Under the pieces are notes generated by a model, which had not been told where the DNA came from, ran no database searches, and saw only the letters and a list, made by a program, of their open reading frames with translations. This document shows, one piece after another, positions 49,062 through 57,266 of a DNA stretch of 64,000 bases (position 1 is its first letter; each line of letters starts with the position of its first letter). This DNA comes from Candidatus Freyarchaeum deiterrae (GTDB taxonomy: Archaea > Asgardarchaeota > Jordiarchaeia > Jordiarchaeales > Jordiarchaeaceae), in NCBI GenBank assembly GCA_037305845.1, contig CP147778.1, forward strand, positions 1,376,001-1,440,000, in the 5' to 3' direction. Made by a program: the position numbers and the translations under genes.

Positions 49062-49943
49062 TTATTTTGAAGTGTTTTCGCGATACATATTCAAGACAGC
49101 TAATGCTGCTGATACTGCTTCCTCAGTTCTGACAGTTCGGGTTGCCTGGTTAGGTATAAAGTTTACCAAGAAATCCCCGATCTCCTGTGGGCTCTTTTTC
49201 TCCCTCTCAAGGAGTTCCTTTAATCCCTGATAAGGCCCGCCAAAAACTAAAATAAGTTTCCACGCATCTTTCCATCTTTCTAAAATCTTCTCCGAAACAT
49301 CCCTGAAAGCAGTACCATATTTAGAGGTTAAAATAATCAACGCCGGACGAAGCTTTTGAAGAGTCGAACCCAGAGAATCTCTAGAAATCGTAACCGAGTA
49401 CCCCCAATAATCCCGAATCTCATCCGGATTCGCCTCCTCTAAGTACAGCTCAGTATTTTTCACAACCACCTTAACGGTAACCCGGCTGTTCATTGGTAAA
49501 TTCGCCCCTATGAGTCTCTGAGGTTGCTCCACCCCAATATCCACCAAAGTCCCTTCTGAATCATTCACAACAACCACACCCTCTCTAAACTCTCCATTAC
49601 GCAAATCCGTTTTCCTACTCTGAAGAGGGTGATGAGGAGATGCAAGGGGGGGAAGAACCCCCGCGTACTTCAAAAGAGGTGACGGAGGAAAAAGACGTTT
49701 CTTTAAATACTGAGGCGCCTCCATATAATCCAAAATCTTCTTAATCAGAATCAAATCCTCTCTCTGCTCACTATAACTATGATCCGCATAAAGCAAAATC
49801 TCAGATACCCTAAAAATAGCAGCCAAACGCCCCACCTGCCCCACCTTCAGAGTTTTAAGCCTCAAATTCGGCGCATCCGAAATCAAAGAACCGGGAAGAA
49901 CAAGTTTAATATCCAAATATTTCAATCTAGGCAACTCTAACAC
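49062..49943 (-). CDS. SPOUT RNA methyltransferase (DUF171/MTH1 family)
   Basis: KVGQVGR.AAIFRV, PQYLKK, FGGP and PNQ.TRTVRTEEA. Confidence 0.88.
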   Translation of the reverse strand: MLELPRLKYLDIKLVLPGSLISDAPNLRLKTLKVGQVGRLAAIFRVSEILLYADHSYSEQREDLILIKKILDYMEAPQYLKKRLFPPSPLLKYAGVLPPLASPHHPLQSRKTDLRNGEFREGVVVVNDSEGTLVDIGVEQPQRLIGANLPMNSRVTVKVVVKNTELYLEEANPDEIRDYWGYSVTISRDSLGSTLQKLRPALIILTSKYGTAFRDVSEKILERWKDAWKLILVFGGPYQGLKELLEREKKSPQEIGDFLVNFIPNQATRTVRTEEAVSAALAVLNMYRENTSK

Positions 49944-50078
49944 ACCAAAAACTTTTCATCAACACATTATATTCTCCACTAACAAAAAGTTATATGCTTG
50001 ACTCAAGCTAAGCCGAACTAAACAAAAGAAAAGCAAAAGCCCTACTTTCACACTCAGAAGTTGAAAATTACAGAAAAA

Positions 50079-50291
50079 TGGTGGGGACGGAGAGATTTCC
50101 AAGGAGAAACAGAGTTTCCCATTTTGAACTCCCGACTAACAGGTTTCTTCAGCTCACTGCTCCAGAAGTTCATCATCTTCTGGTCAGCAAACCTGATTAT
50201 TATCATTGCCTCTGGAGCCTGCCGTGCTTCTTAGCCGAGTTCAGAACAACCAAACTATTGTCCCGAACAACTCTGACTACACTACGTCCCC
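50079..50291 (-). tRNA. trnW: tRNA-Trp(CCA) with three introns (18/19, 37/38, 59/60)
   Basis: Removing 50231..50272, 50145..50211 and 50096..50122 gives GGGGACG TA GTGT AGTCAGGAA GCAC G GCAGG CT CCA GA CCTGT TAGTC GGGAG TTCAAAT CTCTC CGTCCCC A CCA, a full cloverleaf. Each intron sits in a BHB-like motif. Confidence 0.9.
50145..50211 (-). ncRNA. Box C/D guide RNA encoded by the tRNA-Trp anticodon intron
   Basis: Box C ATGATAA, D' CTGA, C' ATGATGA, D GTGA. Guides CAGGTTT and TCTGGAGC are complementary to the pre-tRNA; the N+5 rule lands on C39 and C34. Confidence 0.85.
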
Positions 50292-50553
50292 ACCGAAATG
50301 GGTTAGGCAGCAACACACCAAACATGGTGCGTGTAAAAATGATAAGTGCAAGAATTACATAAAGTTTTTGTTTCCCTCCTCTTTTGCCTCTCAAACCCCG
50401 CACACCTAATTTCAGAACACAAAACCATTACAATAAACCATAAAACATCAAACCAGTAAGCAATAAAAAGCCACAAAAATCAAAAAAGTCCAAAAATAAA
50501 CAAACACACAAAACCGCAAAAAAAACACGAAATTAGGAATGCGGCGTCGCTGT

Positions 50554-50675
50554 TCCGTGTTCGGTAAGAGAACGGGTGATCCCCATGCACTATGACCGGC
50601 ACCGAGGCGCCAGCATTCGGTTTTTCCGCTCCCTCGCGGAGAGCAGTACTCACAGAATCGTACATGAGCTTAACT
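50554..50675 (-). rRNA. rrf: 5S rRNA, circularly permuted gene (3' half 50675-50606 precedes 5' half 50603-50554), enclosed by a BHB motif
   Basis: The 5' half GGTGCCGGTCATAGTGCATGGGGATCACCCGTTCTCTTACCGAACACGGA lies downstream of the 3' half AGTTAAGCTCATGTACGATTC...GCTCTCCGCGAGGGAGC...GAATGCTGGCGCC. Helices I-V all pair. Confidence 0.9.
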
Positions 50676-50713
50676 TTCACGCAGCGACGTCTATCTCTCA
50701 CATAACAAACGGA

Positions 50714-50721
50714 AATATAAA
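50714..50721 (-). promoter_or_regulatory. TATA box for the permuted 5S precursor
   Basis: TTTATATT on the minus strand, preceded by an A-rich BRE-like GAAA, about 25-30 nt upstream of the BHB outer stem. Confidence 0.55.
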
Positions 50722-50997
50722 CATTTCTAAGCAATAACAAACAATATACACACCCTCAAACTACAGGCATAAACACAAAAACATCATCATAAAAACACGT
50801 TAAATTACAAAGAAAAAAAACAAGTATGGCCGGTTGAAAACAATAATGATATTCTTATGAAAGTAGTAGCCTTGCAGATACAAATACGACTTAATCCACA
50901 CATCCTCCGCAAAAATTAACCAACTAGAGACAGCGTTCAACAAATGAACAGAAAAATTTATATTTTAAAGTTAATTCTAATCAAACACACAGAATGC

Positions 50998-51132
50998 GCC
51001 CAAGTGGTGTAGCCCGGTCTATCATCGCGGCCTGTCACGTCGTGGACACAAAAACGATGGTTTAGTGGCGGGAACCCGAGGCCAAAAAACAAAGGTTTTA
51101 TGGCGGGAATTCAAATCTCGGCTTGGGCGCCA
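50998..51132 (+). tRNA. trnD: tRNA-Asp(GUC) with two non-canonical introns (45/46, 53/54)
   Basis: Removing 51046..51073 and 51081..51109 gives GCCCAAG TG GTGT AGCCCGGTCTA TCAT C GCGGC CT GTC AC GTCGT GGAC CCGAG TTCAAAT CTCGG CTTGGGC G CCA. TATA-like TTTATATT upstream at ~50957. Confidence 0.9.
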
Positions 51133-51331
51133 ACACTTCTTCTATAAAGCAGTTTCCAATTATTGAGGATTTTTTAGGTTTTCCATTTTTAGATATGAAA
51201 TAGCTCTGCTGTGATTTTTAAAAAAATAATTATGTGATCTATGAATGAGTAGAGGAGGTTAAGCTCGGAACTCAGAAAGGGAAAAAAAATATAAATCTCC
51301 ATAGGCTATCTTAGGATGCTCTGAAAAATGT

Positions 51332-51497
51332 GGGCCGTTAGCTCAGGGGCGCAACGAAACCGTTGAACCGAGAAATTAGGTAGAGCGTCTGACTTCGGTG
51401 GACTTCCCCCCGAAGGGTGAAGCTTTTAACCAGGCGGTCGCGGGAAGCTTCTGAAACTTATCGGGGCTCGCGAATTCAAATCCTGCACGGCCCGCCA
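51332..51497 (+). tRNA. trnK: tRNA-Lys(UUU) with three non-canonical introns (15/16, 30/31, 53/54)
   Basis: Removing 51347..51375, 51392..51421 and 51445..51474 gives GGGCCGT TA GCTC AGTTAGGTA GAGC G TCTGG CT TTT AA CCAGG CGGTC GCGGG TTCAAAT CCTGC ACGGCCC G CCA. Confidence 0.9.
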
Positions 51498-51681
51498 AAA
51501 CTCATTCAGATTTTCTGTATTGAAAATTGAATGTTTTAGGTTGAAAAATTTGAGAGTTGTATGATAGAATAAGAATATAAAGTGCTTTGTTTTAGTTTTT
51601 CATTGTTGTTAGTTTCTTGTAGTCGCGTGGGATGGTTTAAAACAGATTTATAGTTTGTTTGTGATTGGTTGATTCCTAGAA

Positions 51682-54600
51682 GTGGTTGTTATGTCTAATG
51701 GTGAACAGTTGGATAATTGGCGTATTGTGGAAGCTTTCATCGAGGAAAATGGTCTGGTTCGGCAGCACCTAGATTCTTATGACGAGTTTATTAGACATGG
51801 ACTGCAGCAGGTAGTAGACGAGATTGCAGCCATTGAGCCGGAAGGAGAGAATTACTACGTTAGGCTGGGTAAAATTGAGATAGGGAAGCCTACAGTGAAA
51901 GAGGCTGACGGCTCAACCATGCCGGTTTTTCCCAACGAGGCCCGCATCCGTAACCTGACATATGCCTCAAACCTTCACTTGGAGATGGCTATAGTTTATA
52001 GTGACGAACGGGGAGGAGATACTGAAGAAGCCCCAGTTGAGGTTTACATAGGCAGAATTCCAATCATGTTAAAATCCGAAAAGTGTCCCCTTTCCCAGTT
52101 GAGCAGGGAGGAACTCATAACTCTGGGAGAGGATCCCGATGACCCGGGAGGCTACTTTATTATAAATGGAAGTGAGAGGGTTCTGGTCACTCAGGAAGAC
52201 CTCGCCCCTAACCGTATCCTTATTGAGGAGGCTAATAAGAGCAGTTCATCCACCCACGTTGCTAAAGTTTTTAGCACAGCTCAAGGTTTCCGAGCCCCAG
52301 TAACTATGGAGCGACGACGAGACGGCTCCCTCAGGATTTCTTTCCCCTCGGTTCCCGGAAAGATTCCGCTAGTAGTTTTAATGCGCGCCCTCGGGCTGGA
52401 GAGTGATAAACAGATCGCCGAGGCGATTTCCGATGAGGATGAGATTGTCCGCGAATTAATTCCCTCAATTGAGGCGGCGTCTACAATTATCTCCCGTGAC
52501 GAGTCACTTGACTACGTTGGCAAGCGTGTCGCCGTGGGTCAGACCAGAGACTACCGCCTGAAGAGAGCGGAACAGGTTCTGGACCGGTACCTTCTCCCAC
52601 ACATCGGTACTGACGCTAAGGACCGGTTAAGAAAAGCGTTCTACCTGGGCCAGATGGCTTCGCATATTATTGAGTTGGCTCTCGGCAAGAGAACCGAGGA
52701 TGATAAGGACCATTACGCTAATAAGAGATTGAAGCTCGCCGGTGACCTGCTGATGAGCTTGTTCCGGGTGGCTTTCCTCAGCCTCTGCAGAGACATTAAA
52801 TACCAGCTTGAGAGAAACGCCGTCAGAGGCAGACGGAGAAACATCAAGACTGCAGTTCGTGCAGACGTAATTACAGACCGCTTACATCACGCGCTCGCAA
52901 CAGGAAACTGGGTAGGCGGCAAAGCCGGAGTAAGCCAGCTTCTAGACAGAACCAATTATATGTCCGCCCTCAGCCACCTCAGAAGAGTCGTTTCTCCCTT
53001 GAGCAGAAGCCAGCCTCACTTCGAAGCTCGAGACCTGCACCCCACCCACTGGGGCAAAATCTGCCCTAACGAGACACCAGAAGGACCTAACTGTGGACTA
53101 GTTAAAAACCTAGCGCTCCTAGCTTACATATCCGTAGGCGCAGACGAAAAGGAGATTGAAAGCGTCTTCGTGGATCTAGGTGTGCAACCCATAGAAGAGA
53201 TAAAGAGAGAGAAGGGAGCCAAAGGCGCCCAAGTCTACGTCAACGGTCGACTGATAGGAGTACACATGCAACCTCTAGTCCTCGTAGCGGAAGTAAAGAA
53301 GCGGAGGAGAAGCGGCCAAATAAACAATGAGGTAAACATCGCCTACTACTCCGACACTAACGAGATACAGACCAACTGCGACCAAGGACGAGCAAGACGC
53401 CCCCTAATAATAGTGGAAAACAAGACCACCAAATACACCACAGAACACGCGACAAAACTCAGAAGCAAGGAATGGAAGTTCAGCGACCTAATACGCAGAG
53501 GAATAGTGGAATTCCTAGACGCAGAAGAAGAAGAAAACACCCACATAGCAATGACCCCACCGGACATAAACGAGAAAACCACCCACATAGAAATCGCGCC
53601 CACTTCAATCCTTGGAATATCTGCATCCATAATACCCTACCCCGAACACAACCAAAGCCCAAGAAACACTTATGAAGCTGGAATGGTAAAACAAGCCCTC
53701 GGATTATTCGCAGCCAACTACCGAACAAGAGCAGACACACGCGCCCATCTACTCCACTACCCACAAACCCCAATGGTGAACACAAAATCAACCACACCCA
53801 CAGGATTCGACAAAAGACCTGCAGGACAAAACTTCATAGTAGCAGTAATATCCTACGAAGGATACAACATAGAAGACGCCATAATAATAAACCAAGCCTC
53901 CATACAACGCGGACTAGGAAGATCAACCTTCTTCAGAAGCTACGAAGCTGAAGAAAGGAAATACCCCGGAGGACAAGAAGATAAATTCGAAATACCCGAC
54001 CGCAGCGTCAGAGGATACCGCGCCGCAGAAGCCTACCGCCACCTATCCGACGACGGAATAATCGAACCCGAAGTCGAAGTCCTAGGCGGAGAAATAATAA
54101 TAGGAAGAACAAGCCCCCCAAGATTCCTAGAAGAAAACGCAGGCTTCGAACTACCCACCCAAACCCGAAGAGAAACCTCAACCAGCATGCGACACGGAGA
54201 ACTAGGAACCGTAGACACAGTAAGCGTAACCGAAACCATAGACGGAAACAGACTAGTCAAAGTCAAAATCAGAGACCTAAGAATACCCGAACTAGGCGAT
54301 AAATTCGCAACACGCCACGGACAAAAAGGAATAATCGGACTAATAGTACCCCAAGAAGACCTACCCTTCACAGAAGACGGCGTAGTCCCAGACCTCATAG
54401 TCAACCCACATGCAGTACCATCACGAATGACCATAGGACAAATAATAGAATCCATAGCCGGAAAAGTAGGCGCACTCAGCGGAAGAAGAATAGACGGCAC
54501 AGCGTTCAGCGGCGAACCACTAAAAGACCTATACAAAGAACTGACCAGCAGAGGCTTCAAACACAACGGTAGAGAAGTAATGTACAACGGAATAACCGGA

Positions 54601-55032
54601 AGAAAATACGAAGCAGACATATTCATAGGAGTCGTATACTACCAAAAACTACACCACATGGTATCAGACAAAATCCACGCCAGAGCCAGAGGACCAGTAC
54701 AAATACTAACAAGACAACCGACAGAAGGACGAGCCAGAGAAGGCGGACTCAGATTCGGAGAAATGGAAAGAGACTGCCTCATAGGCCACGGAAGTGCGCT
54801 AATTTTGAAGGAGAAGCTTGTCGATGAGAGTGATAAGACTACTTCTCTTGTTTGTGAGGATTGTGGTATGCTCGCCGTGTACGATAAGAATAAGGGTCGT
54901 TACTATTGTCCGCTTTGTGGTGAGGATATTCGGGTTTCCAAGGTTAACATGAGCTACGCCTTCAAACTGTTGTTGCAGGAGCTTATGGCTTTGGGTATTG
55001 CTCCGCGTCTTAAGCTTGCGGAGAAAACTTGA
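51682..55032 (+). CDS. rpo2: DNA-directed RNA polymerase subunit Rpo2 (B), single chain
   Basis: GGYFIINGSE, ETPEG, GDKFATRHGQKG, GGLRFGEMERD and a C-terminal Zn ribbon. Confidence 0.97.
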   Translation: MVVMSNGEQLDNWRIVEAFIEENGLVRQHLDSYDEFIRHGLQQVVDEIAAIEPEGENYYVRLGKIEIGKPTVKEADGSTMPVFPNEARIRNLTYASNLHLEMAIVYSDERGGDTEEAPVEVYIGRIPIMLKSEKCPLSQLSREELITLGEDPDDPGGYFIINGSERVLVTQEDLAPNRILIEEANKSSSSTHVAKVFSTAQGFRAPVTMERRRDGSLRISFPSVPGKIPLVVLMRALGLESDKQIAEAISDEDEIVRELIPSIEAASTIISRDESLDYVGKRVAVGQTRDYRLKRAEQVLDRYLLPHIGTDAKDRLRKAFYLGQMASHIIELALGKRTEDDKDHYANKRLKLAGDLLMSLFRVAFLSLCRDIKYQLERNAVRGRRRNIKTAVRADVITDRLHHALATGNWVGGKAGVSQLLDRTNYMSALSHLRRVVSPLSRSQPHFEARDLHPTHWGKICPNETPEGPNCGLVKNLALLAYISVGADEKEIESVFVDLGVQPIEEIKREKGAKGAQVYVNGRLIGVHMQPLVLVAEVKKRRRSGQINNEVNIAYYSDTNEIQTNCDQGRARRPLIIVENKTTKYTTEHATKLRSKEWKFSDLIRRGIVEFLDAEEEENTHIAMTPPDINEKTTHIEIAPTSILGISASIIPYPEHNQSPRNTYEAGMVKQALGLFAANYRTRADTRAHLLHYPQTPMVNTKSTTPTGFDKRPAGQNFIVAVISYEGYNIEDAIIINQASIQRGLGRSTFFRSYEAEERKYPGGQEDKFEIPDRSVRGYRAAEAYRHLSDDGIIEPEVEVLGGEIIIGRTSPPRFLEENAGFELPTQTRRETSTSMRHGELGTVDTVSVTETIDGNRLVKVKIRDLRIPELGDKFATRHGQKGIIGLIVPQEDLPFTEDGVVPDLIVNPHAVPSRMTIGQIIESIAGKVGALSGRRIDGTAFSGEPLKDLYKELTSRGFKHNGREVMYNGITGRKYEADIFIGVVYYQKLHHMVSDKIHARARGPVQILTRQPTEGRAREGGLRFGEMERDCLIGHGSALILKEKLVDESDKTTSLVCEDCGMLAVYDKNKGRYYCPLCGEDIRVSKVNMSYAFKLLLQELMALGIAPRLKLAEKT

Positions 55033-55077
55033 GCGAGGGTTTTCTCCTATAAAAAAATTTTAATTTATTTTTCTTAT

Positions 55078-55512
55078 TTAGCCGAATTGGTCGGTTATCA
55101 TTAGGTCTTTCATTTTTTCTATTTCGGGTAGTTGGTCGACTTTTTTTTGTTTGAAGAGGGAGTAGCTTTCCATGTTTTTGCTTTTTACCATTGCTATGAT
55201 GTCGTAGACTCCGCTTGTGCAGATGTACACTTTGATGACTTCTGGGTATTTGGCTATTTTTTTTGCAGTTTCTTGTGTTTTTTGGTGGTTGGTTTCGATT
55301 AAAAGTATTGCTAGTATATCGTAGCCTAGTTTTCTCCAGTCTATGGATATTGTGAATTTTTTGATTGTTTCTAGGTCTAGTAGTTTTTTTATTCTGTTTG
55401 TAACTGTACCAGCGCTTACTCCGGTTTTTAGTGATATTTCTTTCACTTGTGAGCGAGAGTCATTCTCTAGTATGTCTAGGATTTTTCGGTCTAGTTTGTC
55501 GAGGATTTTCAA
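55078..55512 (-). CDS. Lrp/AsnC family transcriptional regulator
   Basis: LDKLDRKIL..L..DSR HTH plus a RAM domain (SG.YD). Confidence 0.88.
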   Translation of the reverse strand: MKILDKLDRKILDILENDSRSQVKEISLKTGVSAGTVTNRIKKLLDLETIKKFTISIDWRKLGYDILAILLIETNHQKTQETAKKIAKYPEVIKVYICTSGVYDIIAMVKSKNMESYSLFKQKKVDQLPEIEKMKDLMITDQFG

Positions 55513-55710
55513 GGCTTGGCCCCTCGGTTTGATTAACCAAGAATGGTTAAAGGAAGGATATAAGTATGCTGGTAATTTTTTTAATGAAATTTTTCGAAAG
55601 CGTAAAAAATATGTTTAATTATTATAGAGAAACGAAAATCGGATTAAATTGAAGTTGGGTAAGTTAGAAATGTGGTTTTTTTGGGATTTGAATTATGATG
55701 TGGTGGAGTG

Positions 55711-56127
55711 TTAGAGTAGCTTGTTGATCAGGCCTTTCTCGATAGCGGGGGAATAGTTATTTTTTTGGGTGGTCAACACTCCTTCAGCTTTCTTTAAACT
55801 TGTGACTGAAAGGACGAAGGCTTCTTCCACACCGACGGAATATGAGTTCATGATTTGTCCTGCGTCGGTAGCGATTCCTATATCGCATACTACTATGATT
55901 ACATTCAGGGTTTGCCTTAAAACTGCGAGCATTAAATCTATGTACTCGCCTTTTCCCTCTTGGAGGCTTTTTGAAGCAAAAAAGGCGATGGAAATCGTGG
56001 AGACGAAGATTCGATTCCCCTCAGCTTTTGCTTTTCCCCAAATTTCAGTGGTTTCTTCGTTTCCCTCAATAAGGCTTAAGAGGAAGGACGAATCCGCAAC
56101 AAGAATCAAGTTAATATCACCCAACAA
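55711..56127 (-). CDS. PIN-domain-like protein (possibly inactive)
   Basis: 'LVADSSFLL...IFVST' starts a PIN fold; the other acidic catalytic residues are poorly conserved. Confidence 0.55.
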   Translation of the reverse strand: MLGDINLILVADSSFLLSLIEGNEETTEIWGKAKAEGNRIFVSTISIAFFASKSLQEGKGEYIDLMLAVLRQTLNVIIVVCDIGIATDAGQIMNSYSVGVEEAFVLSVTSLKKAEGVLTTQKNNYSPAIEKGLINKLL

Positions 56128-56286
56128 CTCGTACTGTCGAAGATTGCAGTCGGCTGAACATTAATTATAACTCATTAACTGAAAAACAATAAAAACATTG
56201 CTACGGAAACAGAAAATAGTTGGAAAACTTGTGTGTTTCTCAATAAAAAAGGCGTAATTATGAGTGGGGCAAAACAGAGAAGTGTG

Positions 56287-57039
56287 TTATAAGTTGTCTC
56301 CGCAGCTGCAGAAGATTTCGTGGAGGAGGTCGAAGAGTTCTTCATATCCTTCTCGGTTTATTATTGATGTTGCGATTACTCTCACGGAGGGGTGTACTTT
56401 TTTTATGATTTTGAGCGCGTCTAGTGCTAGATCCGTGATTACTCCTCTCTGCTCCATGGTGGTTATTTTCTCTCTGAGCAATTCGGGGTCGTTGAGCATT
56501 TCTATAAACTCTTTGGACTTCAGCATGTCTGATTTGTGCAGGACAGTTATCAGACTAACCCCTAGTTGAATCTGGATGGCTATGCTCATTAGAAGAGCAA
56601 CGACGAATCCGGTGGTGGTGGGGGAGGTGTCTGCGCCTAGTAAGAAGATTCCGCATACCCGCATATCGCGAAGTTTTTCCATGAACAGGCTTCCGGTAGG
56701 TTTGAACGCAAAGACTTCTAACTGGCCCGGGGTATCAATTAATACGTAGTCAGCTTCGGTTTTTTTCATCCGTTCTATGATTTGATCTGACGACTCGTAT
56801 ATCATTTGGCTGGCTCTTATTATGGAGGCATTCGGACCTATGTGCTCTTTTTTCATTATTTCTGAAACTCGAAAAAAGTTCCTTATATCGAAATCCGGAA
56901 CGTAGGGCAGATACTCTGCCCCGGCGTCTAGATTAAAAAATTTTACTTTGTAACCTTTTTCGGCTAGGAACCCGCCGAAGCTTCCTGCCAGTGAGGTCTT
57001 TCCTGATCCCGCTGGTCCCAAAAAGGGAATTGCGAACAT
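56287..57039 (-). CDS. GPN-loop GTPase
   Basis: GPAGSGKT, NLD.G, GPN loop, DTPGQ and HKSD. Confidence 0.9.
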   Translation of the reverse strand: MFAIPFLGPAGSGKTSLAGSFGGFLAEKGYKVKFFNLDAGAEYLPYVPDFDIRNFFRVSEIMKKEHIGPNASIIRASQMIYESSDQIIERMKKTEADYVLIDTPGQLEVFAFKPTGSLFMEKLRDMRVCGIFLLGADTSPTTTGFVVALLMSIAIQIQLGVSLITVLHKSDMLKSKEFIEMLNDPELLREKITTMEQRGVITDLALDALKIIKKVHPSVRVIATSIINREGYEELFDLLHEIFCSCGDNL

Positions 57040-57266
57040 TTGTATTATCCCTACCTATCAATTTAAAATGAGAATTTAAAAATTAATTTTTATTTAGACG
57101 CGTGGTAATTTTGTTACTTTTTATACACTATGATTGGAGTATTGAAGAATTTTTAATCTTTTTTCTGAGATTTACTGTTAAGAATTGAAAAATCGTTTGT
57201 GTCAGTAATAAAACATGTGTCATATGGTGGAAATAACTAAAAAGAGAGGTTTATGAGTGGTTCCGC

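Noticed and set aside
50231-50272. Alternative reading with TAGTTTGGTT as the true D loop flanked by two introns
   Set aside because: That segment is the cap of a 12-bp intron hairpin; a single 18/19 intron with a BHB (AGTC/GGCT) gives a normal D loop more simply.
50554-50675. Interpretation as a scrambled 5S pseudogene or a tandem-duplication remnant
   Set aside because: The two halves add up to one complete 5S with intact helices, and the break is enclosed by a BHB motif whose predicted cut sites restore the conserved junction exactly. A misassembly cannot be fully excluded without reads.
50078-50740. ORFs 50078..50362, 50203..50403, 50206..50409 and 50480..50740
   Set aside because: They overlap tRNA-Trp and the permuted 5S rRNA and have no protein-like features.
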